The translations under genes were made by a program, and so were the position numbers. Under the pieces are notes generated by a model. It had not been told where the DNA came from and did no database searches. It saw nothing but the letters and a program-made list of their open reading frames with translations. 64,000 nucleotides of DNA from Candidatus Levyibacteriota bacterium (lineage in GTDB: Bacteria; Patescibacteriota; Microgenomatia; Levybacterales; UBA12049). Where the stretch lies: contig JAGOUW010000003.1 of the NCBI GenBank assembly GCA_018061075.1, positions 4,301 through 68,300 of the forward strand, read 5' to 3'. Numbering within the stretch: position 1 is the stretch's first letter; every line of letters starts with the position of its first letter. This document shows positions 36,650-45,100 of this stretch, piece by piece.

Positions 36650-36721
36650 TGGACCGGAAGAGATTTGAACTCTCAACCCCCTCCATGCCATGGAGGTGCT
36701 CTACCGTTGAGCCACCGGCCC
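36650..36721 (-). tRNA. tRNA-Ala (anticodon GGC)
   Basis: Hand-folded cloverleaf. The acceptor pairs GGGCCGG with CCGGUCC and includes the G3:U70 alanine identity pair. The anticodon stem pairs CCUCC with GGAGG around the loop AUGGCAU. The T arm contains GUUCAAAUC. CCA is not encoded. Confidence 0.88.
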
Positions 36722-36740
36722 GCGATACCATTTTTACGAT

Positions 36741-37865
36741 CTATTGAAGGAATCCGAGAGGATTCACGAGCACTCCATTCTGGATAACTTCGAAATGTAA
36801 ATGCGGTCCGGTTGTTCTTCCTGTAAGTCCCACTGTTCCGATCACAGTCTTTCCTGCTACAACTGACTGGCCTGGACTTACATAAATGGCTGACATGTGA
36901 GCATAGTGACTTCTATAACCATTCCCTGAGTCAATGTAAACATTATTCCCATATCCTCCGTCCCAGGTTCCAGCGATTACATTGCTTACTGTTCCTGTGT
37001 TTGCTGCGACAATTGGAGTTCCCACATCAGCAGTGATATCAAGCGCCATATGATACCAAGCTGGATACTGAGAAACTCCGCCTCTTACTGGCCATGCAAA
37101 ACCTGCTGAGGAAACAGATGAAGGACTTTGAGCAAAAATAGCTTGACGTGGTCTAACATAAGTAGACTGCTCTTCAGGCTTAACTCCATCCGGAACTATA
37201 AGGGTTTGGCCAGCGACAAGTGAAAATGTTTCTGGGTTTGCGAAATCATTAAAAGGAAAATCTACGATCTTCTGAGGCTCAGTATCTAACTTTTTAGCAA
37301 TTGTATAGATAGTTTCTCCCTGAGTAACTTTATATGAAAGTCCTGTTACAGGCAGAATTTGTAACTCGTCTCCTACCGCAATCCCCTCACCTGCCAGATC
37401 ATTTTCCCATTGGATCGTCTCAACGGACACTCCAAATTTACTTGCAATAGTTGAAAGCGTATCTCCTTTTTGAACTGTATAAGTTATAACCTTGTCTCTG
37501 GGCTTTCTCGAAATATCCGTAGAAAAAACATTATCTCCGACGATAATTGATTGTTTTTGAGGCTCTTGTGTTTCAGGATTTTGAGTTTCCTGAGAAAAAA
37601 CCGGATATGTTCCAGCAATGATTGGAGAAAAAGCCATACCAATTCCTAAAACTGCCATAGCTGAAATATGCAAAAAGGGCCGGTTGTAACGGCCTCTCTT
37701 CATCATAAAGAACTTAACGAGTATATTCTTATTCTTCTCAAAATAGACAGAAGACTTAACTACCTTTTTCTTAAGGTACTTTGAAAAAAATTCAGTAAAT
37801 TGTGTGAACTGAATGATAAATCTATCAATCGGATTCTTTGCCAAAAATGGGTGTTTTTTAAGCAT
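36741..37865 (-). CDS. LysM-domain M23 family metallopeptidase
   Basis: 374 aa. It has two LysM domains (YTVQKGDTLSTIASKFGV and YKVTQGETIYTIAKKL). M23 motifs are HMALDITADVGTPIVAANTG and GRTTGPHLHFEV. Confidence 0.88.
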   Translation of the reverse strand: MLKKHPFLAKNPIDRFIIQFTQFTEFFSKYLKKKVVKSSVYFEKNKNILVKFFMMKRGRYNRPFLHISAMAVLGIGMAFSPIIAGTYPVFSQETQNPETQEPQKQSIIVGDNVFSTDISRKPRDKVITYTVQKGDTLSTIASKFGVSVETIQWENDLAGEGIAVGDELQILPVTGLSYKVTQGETIYTIAKKLDTEPQKIVDFPFNDFANPETFSLVAGQTLIVPDGVKPEEQSTYVRPRQAIFAQSPSSVSSAGFAWPVRGGVSQYPAWYHMALDITADVGTPIVAANTGTVSNVIAGTWDGGYGNNVYIDSGNGYRSHYAHMSAIYVSPGQSVVAGKTVIGTVGLTGRTTGPHLHFEVIQNGVLVNPLGFLQ

Positions 37866-37913
37866 GAAGCAACCAAAAGTTTAACAAAAAATAGGGTCTA
37901 AAGTCAAACAAGT

Positions 37914-39317
37914 CTAACTTTTTCCGAGGCTGTCGAGGAATTCATCGTTTGTTTCAGTAGAAGGAAGTCTCTCAATCATAGTCGCTGTTCCCTCTCCATC
38001 TCCAAGCATAGAAAGCATGCGTCTAAGAGTAACGGTCTTTTTTAGCTGTTCCGGAGAAAGAATCAATTCTTCTTGTCTTGTTCCAGATCTCTCAATATCA
38101 ATTGCTGGGAAAATTCTCTTCTCAGCCAATCTTCGATCAAGATGAATTTCAGAATTTCCTGTTCCTTTAAATTCTTCATAAATAAGATCATCCATGCGTG
38201 AACCAGTGTCAACTAACGCTGTTCCAATAATTGTTAGTGATCCGCCTTCTTTACAATTTCTTGCTGCTCCGAAAAATCTTTTTGCTGGCCACAAAGCTGC
38301 CGGGTCAAATCCTCCTGAAAGAGTTCTTCCTGAAGGCGCAACTGCTAAATTATATGCGCGAGCGAGTCTAGTAATAGAATCAAGAAGAATAACTACGTCT
38401 ATTCCCATTTCGACAAGTCTCTTTGCTCTTTCAAGTGTAATTTCAGCGACACGTGTCTGATTCTCAGGCGGTTCATCGAAATTAGATGCGATAACGTCTC
38501 CTTTAACTGAACTGGAAATGTCGGTCACCTCTTCAGGGCGCTCTCCAATTAAAGCTGCCATAAGATGAGCCTTTGGAAAATTCTGAGAAATTCCAGCTGC
38601 GATTTCTTTTAGGATTGTTGTTTTTCCAGCTTTTGGAGGAGAAACTACCATTGCGCGCTGCCCAAAACCAATTGGCGCCATCAAATCAATCATTCTTGTT
38701 GAGAGTGGAGTTTTACCAGTTGTGAGAATTACCTGTTTTGCAGGATAAATTGGCGTTAAGTCATCGAAGTATTCACGTCTCATAGATTCTTCCGCTGGAA
38801 GCTCATTGACCTTTTCTACCTTAAGAAGTCCAAAGTATCTCTCTGTATCCTTTGGTGGTCTTCCAAGACCCTCTACTAGGTCTCCGGAGCGAAGCATAAA
38901 TCTTCTTATTTGAGATTGAGAAATATAGATATCTCTAGCTGATGGAATAAATTTAGGACGTAAAAATCCATGTCCTTCTGGCTGAATATCTAAGTAGCCT
39001 GAAACTTCATAGGCTTGTTCCTGACGAGGCGCTTGATATGACGAGTAATTATTATTTACTGGTCTTTGAATTGAGTTATCATTCGAATGTTGAGGCTGAT
39101 CTTGTGATGGGCTGACTGGATCAAAGGAGGTATTATCCGCATCATTTACTTGAGTATTAGGCTCCGAAGATGCGATTTCAGGCTCAGATGGAGCTTCTTG
39201 GGGCTCGCCCACTAAAGAATCGACAGATGTTGACTCTTTAGAATCACCTGTCTCTAGAATTGGATCATCCTGATTTACATCAGTAGATTCAATATGTACT
39301 TTTTTCTTTACTGGCAT
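37914..39317 (-). CDS. rho: transcription termination factor Rho with a roughly 100-aa acidic/disordered N-terminal extension
   Basis: 467 aa. The Walker A motif is GQRAMVVSPPKAGKTTILKEIA. Also present are the RNA-binding region YISQSQIRRFMLRSGD and the C-terminal KRIFPAIDIERSGTR. Confidence 0.93.
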   Translation of the reverse strand: MPVKKKVHIESTDVNQDDPILETGDSKESTSVDSLVGEPQEAPSEPEIASSEPNTQVNDADNTSFDPVSPSQDQPQHSNDNSIQRPVNNNYSSYQAPRQEQAYEVSGYLDIQPEGHGFLRPKFIPSARDIYISQSQIRRFMLRSGDLVEGLGRPPKDTERYFGLLKVEKVNELPAEESMRREYFDDLTPIYPAKQVILTTGKTPLSTRMIDLMAPIGFGQRAMVVSPPKAGKTTILKEIAAGISQNFPKAHLMAALIGERPEEVTDISSSVKGDVIASNFDEPPENQTRVAEITLERAKRLVEMGIDVVILLDSITRLARAYNLAVAPSGRTLSGGFDPAALWPAKRFFGAARNCKEGGSLTIIGTALVDTGSRMDDLIYEEFKGTGNSEIHLDRRLAEKRIFPAIDIERSGTRQEELILSPEQLKKTVTLRRMLSMLGDGEGTATMIERLPSTETNDEFLDSLGKS

Positions 39318-39428
39318 ATTGGAATTTGTTTATTTGGCAGTCTTTACTTCAATAATTTTCACACATGGAAATTTACGATTGAGATTTGAGATTTCCTTTC
39401 CCACCGCGGGCTCTTTAGAAGTAAACGT

Positions 39429-39459
39429 ATTATACATCATAATGCCCGGATATTGTCAA
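39429..39459 (-). promoter_or_regulatory. possible rho promoter (TTGACA-19-TATAAT on the minus strand)
   Basis: The reverse complement gives TTGACA at 39459-39454 and TATAAT at 39434-39429. The spacer is long at 19 nt. Confidence 0.3.
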
Positions 39460-39535
39460 TAGTTAACAAAACCTGAACAACTTCTAGCTTCTAGATAATA
39501 ACTGCTAACAAAATCTTAAAATTAATTGCTCAAGA

Positions 39536-39567
39536 GTTAGTAGCTAGTTGCTATATGTTAGTAGCTA
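39536..39567 (+). repeat. two exact 11-bp direct repeats GTTAGTAGCTA spaced 21 bp start to start, just upstream of the -35 of the 39615 gene
   Basis: Read directly at 39536-39546 and 39557-39567. Confidence 0.9.
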
Positions 39568-39573
39568 ACTGGT

Positions 39574-39602
39574 TTGACATAGGCCCAGAGTTTTGTTAAA
39601 AT
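39574..39602 (+). promoter_or_regulatory. promoter TTGACA-17-TAAAAT ending 12 nt before the ATG
   Basis: TTGACA at 39574-39579, TAAAAT at 39597-39602, ATG at 39615, with no SD in between. Confidence 0.6.
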
Positions 39603-39614
39603 GCGCTCCTTAGT

Positions 39615-40319
39615 ATGAAAAAGCTTGTGATTATAGTATTAGCAATAGTTTTTGCGCTTTTGGCGCCTATTAATGTTAATGCTGCTGGAGTAGTAGAAAA
39701 CTGCAAACCTATTTATGGTGGTGGCGAAAGCTGTCTTCCCCAGGATAAAATTTCCGTAGATAAAAAGGTTAAAGTACCTAACTCTGATAAATTCGTTGAC
39801 AACTTAACTCAAGCTCAAGCTAAATATAAAGCTGGAGACACTATCGCCTTCCAATTAACCATTACTAATAAAGGTAAAGAAACTTTAAAAGAAGTTACAG
39901 CAATCGATAAACTACCTGCATATATTATTTACACCTCGGGACCAGGTAATTTTGATGCAAAAACAAGAACTCTTAGCTTCAGATTTAATAATTTAAAACC
40001 AAATGAATCCAGAAATTTCATGATTGTAGGAACCGTTAATAACGTTGGTAAATCAACCTGCGTAGTTAATTATGCATCAGTAAGAAGTGGAAATCTAAAA
40101 GCTGATGATAACTCTAGATTTTGTCTTGAGAAAAGTGTATGCGTAGAAGGACCAGCTTCACAGACTCAACCAAATCAACCTAATACTAAAGGCGGATTCC
40201 CAGTTATGCCAGCGCCAAAGGGAATGACTCAAACTCCTGCAACGGGACCTTCTGCTTTAGCTTTACTATCTCTTTTACCTCTAGGATTAGCAGGATTCTA
40301 CATCAGAAAAAAAGTTTAA
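39615..40319 (+). CDS. secreted DUF11-type repeat-domain protein with a C-terminal cell-wall-sorting-like signal
   Basis: 234 aa. The signal peptide is MKKLVIIVLAIVFALLAPINVNA. The DUF11-like core is GDTIAFQLTITNKGKETLKEVTAIDKLPAY...LKPNESRNFMIVGTV. The C-terminus is TPATG plus hydrophobic PSALALLSLLPLGLAGFYI plus RKKV. Confidence 0.65.
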   Translation: MKKLVIIVLAIVFALLAPINVNAAGVVENCKPIYGGGESCLPQDKISVDKKVKVPNSDKFVDNLTQAQAKYKAGDTIAFQLTITNKGKETLKEVTAIDKLPAYIIYTSGPGNFDAKTRTLSFRFNNLKPNESRNFMIVGTVNNVGKSTCVVNYASVRSGNLKADDNSRFCLEKSVCVEGPASQTQPNQPNTKGGFPVMPAPKGMTQTPATGPSALALLSLLPLGLAGFYIRKKV

Positions 40320-40390
40320 CTGATATCTTCTGAATAGTTATTTAGTAGTTTGAATGCCTATGATTTTATTAAATTACACGCACAATTTAT

Positions 40391-40419
40391 TTGACTTTAC
40401 AAACTCAGAAGGATATAAT
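40391..40419 (+). promoter_or_regulatory. promoter TTGACT-17-TATAAT
   Basis: TTGACT at 40391-40396 and TATAAT at 40414-40419, about 73 nt upstream of the GT2 start. Confidence 0.55.
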
Positions 40420-40492
40420 TTATTTAAATAACAACATAACACTTCTGCTCGCCCTGTAAAGGGTCCCAATAAGTTTTTCTCCCAAAAAGAAT

Positions 40493-41257
40493 ATGAATAA
40501 AAATCCATTAGTTTCAATTGTATTACCAGTATATAAATCAGAGAAGTATCTTGAGAGCTGCTTAGAAAGCCTCTCCTCTCAAAGCTATAAGAACATTGAG
40601 ATTATCGCGGTTGTTGATTATCTTGGAGATGAAAGCCTTAAAATATTAAAACGCTATAAAAAGATCGACAAAAGACTTCGCGTCTACTCTAACCTTCAGA
40701 GATATGGCTTAGCCTCTACTCTAAATCGTTTAGTTAAACTATCTAAAGGTGATTATATAGCCTTCATGGATTCTCAGGGTGTCGCTTTAAAAACCAGAAT
40801 AAGTAAACAAGTTAAGTTCCTCATAGAAAACCCTAAAATCGCAGCTGTAGGCTCTGGGGCTATACTATTAGATGAAGATAATAAAAAGCTTTCCAAAACA
40901 GAATTCCCCCAAATTCACGACGATATCTACAGACAGTTAGTGGCTGGGGCTTCTATGAAGTTTGAAACGGCTATGGTGGATAAAACAAGACTTCCTAAAG
41001 ACATTCTTAAGTTTAAAAAGAATACTCACTACCCTTTTATGTATGTAGATGTATTCATGAAGATTGGGGTCTACAAAGAACTTGCAAATATTAAAGACCA
41101 TCTATTAAACGCACGTCAACTCAGCAAGGAAAATAAGCAGCTAATTAATTTAGAGAAGAAGCTTTCATTCATAAAAATCCTGTTTGACTCCACAACAAAT
41201 TACGAATACAAGCCTTCACTAAAAACACTCTTCTCCCCTATCCTCAGACAAGGTTAA
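40493..41257 (+). CDS. glycosyltransferase family 2
   Basis: 254 aa. VSIVLPVYKSEKYLESCLESLSSQSYKNIEIIAVVDYLGDES and the DxD-like FMDSQG are typical of GT2. Confidence 0.8.
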   Translation: MNKNPLVSIVLPVYKSEKYLESCLESLSSQSYKNIEIIAVVDYLGDESLKILKRYKKIDKRLRVYSNLQRYGLASTLNRLVKLSKGDYIAFMDSQGVALKTRISKQVKFLIENPKIAAVGSGAILLDEDNKKLSKTEFPQIHDDIYRQLVAGASMKFETAMVDKTRLPKDILKFKKNTHYPFMYVDVFMKIGVYKELANIKDHLLNARQLSKENKQLINLEKKLSFIKILFDSTTNYEYKPSLKTLFSPILRQG

Positions 41258-41475
41258 TTACACTTCATCCTCAGTTTTCTCATCAATTCCCAATCAATTT
41301 TAAGTATTAAAATTATTATTTTGTTTGTAAATATTAAGTAGTAAATTGTAATCAAAATCTTATCCCAAAGTTATCCACATATTTTTTCAAATAAAATTTA
41401 TCCCGCCAAACCAATCTAAATCATATCTTTTTTACTACGGGTCTAGAGATTTTACTACTTCTTTTTGCTATAGGT

Positions 41476-41504
41476 TTGACACTATTGACAGGGTGTGTTA
41501 AAAT
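41476..41504 (+). promoter_or_regulatory. promoter TTGACA-17-TAAAAT ending 10 nt before an ATG
   Basis: TTGACA at 41476-41481 (a second TTGACA sits at 41485-41490), TAAAAT at 41499-41504, ATG at 41515. Confidence 0.55.
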
Positions 41505-41514
41505 TCAGAGAGTT

Positions 41515-41658
41515 ATGGTTAATCAATTCTTTTCACTTTTAAGAAGAAAAAACTCAAAATCTACTAACTCTAGAGAAGAAGCTTTAATTAGACTTGGAAG
41601 AGAACAATTTAGAAAATTGACAGATAAGGGAATTGAATTACCAGTAGTACTTTTATAA
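41515..41658 (+). CDS. possible 47-aa small basic protein (or the 5-prime part of a non-coding transcript)
   Basis: The peptide is MVNQFFSLLRRKNSKSTNSREEALIRLGREQFRKLTDKGIELPVVLL. It lies right behind a consensus promoter and is followed by stem-loops at 41688-41746 and 41755-41788. The TTG start in the track at 41476 is the -35 box itself. Confidence 0.3.
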   Translation: MVNQFFSLLRRKNSKSTNSREEALIRLGREQFRKLTDKGIELPVVLL

Positions 41659-42157
41659 GTTGAGGTTTTACTCTTTTTTGACAAAAAAAGAGCATCGCTT
41701 TCGTTACTCAGGATGATAAATACAAGGTACGAAAAGCAATGCTCTTCAAAATAACATTTAGTTCTTCAGGCAGGAATAAAACTAAATGCCAAGTAAATTT
41801 TTATCAAAGAATAGAACCCTTGTCAAGAAAAATCGATGAGGCCAGAAAATGTGATTTACATTGTCACAATTGGATAATTCATCTATTTTTAATTTGATTT
41901 TTGCTTATTGGTATAGGGATACGGGCATTGGGCAGGTGCTCGTATCTCTTTACTAGTAGACAAATTTCTTTTGACTTTTCAACTTTTATTTTCCTCTAAC
42001 CATTGTCGGTTATACCCTATTTCTAAACCCTCTACGATTCAATATCCGATACATCAAAATCCAAAAGCATTATTAGTATCACTTATGGGAATTTTACTGT
42101 CTGAGACTACGCAGTAAGCTCGAGGATATCTCTTAAATCTTATCTAGGAGTGAACTT

Positions 42158-45100
42158 TTATCTTAATCTAGTACCACCTCTAAGTCTTGTTCCACCTCTC
42201 ATAGCAGGCTGGGATGTATTAGTAAACTGAGCATCAAACATATCTAAGCTAAGAGTTTCGTTTCCCGACGTTGCGGGAGCATCCTGAATAACTCTAAGAT
42301 AAACCCAGCAGTTAGCGGTGTTATTGGTACACGCGGCGTATCTGGTTCCAATTCCCGGAGACTCATTAAAGTAATGCTCTGTTAAATTAGTAGTTACTGA
42401 GGCAGTAAGCGTCAAGTCAGTGTCTGGCGAAGATGAACTATTGGAAACTAAAGTTACCCAGTTATTTGTACTGCCTCCCCTATACACCTGAAGAGAAACA
42501 GGCCGCGTACTAGTAGCCACAGATGACTTAACCACAGCCGTAGCATTAATACTATTCGTATTTAGATTATTAGGATTATTAACTTTAAATAAGAATGTTG
42601 GAGTAGCTGATGTTGAAGCATTTACATTTAAGTCTCCTGAGACTACAGCATAATTATTGTCATTACCCTCAACTCCTACATATTCAGCTGAAGAAAGTGG
42701 ATGATCCAGATCAAAATAACTTCCTGAACCAGTTGTATAAGTGAACCCTTTTGAATAATTTTTTGTTCCAACACTTGGAGTAGCTCTAGAAATATTATAA
42801 TGCCTCTGAACTTGGGTAGAACTAAGTACAACTCCCTTGTAAACTGCCACTTCATCAATTGGACCATCATAATAGCTTGAAGCAAGCCTTCGGCCAATAT
42901 AAAGAGGACTTGTGTTAGTTAAGTCAGTTGCGCTCTCTGCTGAAATATCAACTGGAGTCCCGGAAACCTGTCCATCAACATACCATGTACAGAGACCGTC
43001 TCTATCCATAGTTACAACAACATGATGCCAATTACTATCGCTAATATCTGAAGTCCCTGATTGGCAAGTTGTATTGCTTATTCTTGAAGAAAATCCATCT
43101 ATACCCCCTCGCCAGAAAAGCTCCCAATCACTTGCATTATTATCTCCGCTATGACCTAATATAAATTGCGCTGCTCCTGGAGCTGCAGCTCTATTAACCC
43201 AAACCTCTAGGCTAAAGTCACCTGTTCCAAAGTCATACGCTGCGTGATCCGGAACATTCACATATTCTAAGCTGGCCGCAGCAAATGAAGTCGAAGTGTT
43301 AGTGTCTCCAACTATCGCTCCCTGCCCTCCAAATGTAGGTGTATTTGTGTATGTTCCATCGTTATTAGTAATAGACAAATCATTGGCATTAGTACCACTT
43401 GTCTCCCCCAGCCTCCAATAACCCACCAACCCAGGAGTGCCCATGATTTCTGTGGAATATGGTGTTAGCTGATTTTGCTGCTCTATCTGCGCCTGCTCAG
43501 CGCCGATACTTACAAAAGTAGAATCTGATTTAGTATTAAGATAAGTAGCCTCAATCCAGTCAGCAGATTGATCATTATCGGTTACCCTAACTTCGTCAAT
43601 TTTTCCTGCGAGTATGTTCGACCATTGACCCATGTCAACCGCACCAGATACTGTATTTGGATTAGTCCCAGGGTTCTGATCAGAGCCCACTTCAACGCCA
43701 TCGACATATCCTTCAGCATTTGTTCCATCATAAGTAATTGCCACATGATGCCATTTTCCATCATTAACAGTTCCCGTAGATCCAAATGAAAAGAAATTGG
43801 CCCGGATTTGAAGGTTTAACTGCCCATTAACCAAAATTAAAGCGTAGTCTTGTGGATCAATTTGAGTACCATATCCAAAAATTGCACAATTTCCACACGT
43901 GCTAGTGGTTTTAACCCAAGCCTCTAAAGTTCTTGCGGCATTTCCAAGCGGAAAACCTGCATCTGCGCCGACTTTATAGAACTCGTCATCTACTCCATCA
44001 AAATCCATACTACCATCTATTTGCCCATCTACTTGATTACTAATTGTCATGGCTCCAAACATATCTAAATCTGCATTATTTAATGTAGAATCACAAATTT
44101 CGGAAGCACCTGAGCAGATAATTGCGGGGTTTTCTTTAAGATGCCAAACAGCATCAAAATTAGAGTTCCATGTACCAGCATCATCAGATCCGGCTGAGGC
44201 TTGAGAGTTGTTATAATACATCCAAACATAATCTGTGGCCACTGCTGTAGTAATCGATGGTACTTCCACCCATACTATGGACTCTCCCCCTTCATCCCAT
44301 TTTTCAATTTCATAATCAAGAAGAGTTAATCCATCTGAATCTATAAAACGCAAATCTTCAGCTGCATTTTTTACCTTAGAATAATCAATAGTACTTGAAT
44401 CAAGTCTTACTAGAACTGGGAAATTAGTTAAGTTTTCCGCTGATGCTCTATTATCAAATGTAACTTTTTTCCTGGATTTCCAATTTCCATTACAATCCGA
44501 AGCGCCGTTTGCAGTGCTACCCATATTACACCAGACAGAAGAAGGAGGATTAGAAGTAACAGCAGAAGTAGAACACGATCCTTCACAATTTATCTGAAGC
44601 GTAGGGTCAAGCATAACGGCATTTGCATCATCATATGTAACAAACTGAACGTAATTTGTTGAACCTGAGTCAACATTTGAAACTAAAAGAAGAGCTATAT
44701 TATTTCCCGATGCCCAAGTTCCAGATCCATTATAATCTCCAATACAAGGCTGAGAATCAGCTACTCCCCTACATATAACTTCCTGAATTAAATCTGTAAC
44801 ATCTAATCTATACGAAGTCCCAGTGCTACCCGATCCATTAAAATCAATTGTATATGAAGCACTGTTTGCAGTTCTTGTTCTATCGCCTACACAACTTGTG
44901 CTTAATCCAGCCGAAGGACAACTGTTCGTATAAGCATTAAACGAAGCTGCAGAATCTACATCTTCCGCATAAATAGTAAACGATATCGGGGTAGATCCAG
45001 TTCTCTCAGTAACTCTTAAGTCGACATACGCTGATGATATTTTCGCTCCTGGAGCGACAGTAACACTTGGGAAACGTAACCCAAAATTATAATCCACTAC

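Noticed and set aside
36584-36787. 67-aa plus-strand ORF.
   Set aside because: It is read straight across the tRNA-Ala gene (36650-36721, minus strand) and the 3-prime end of the M23 peptidase gene, so it is spurious.
41476-41514. Track start (TTG at 41476) of the 60-aa ORF.
   Set aside because: That TTG is the first base of the consensus -35 box TTGACA. If the ORF is real it must start at the ATG at 41515, downstream of the -10.
42158-42500. Possible diversity-generating retroelement, with a variable region at the C-terminus of the LamG giant and a template repeat in the adjacent 900-bp gap.
   Set aside because: No reverse transcriptase ORF occurs anywhere in the window. I could not find any stretch of the gap (41258-42157) resembling the last ~300 bp of the gene, so there is no TR/VR pair.
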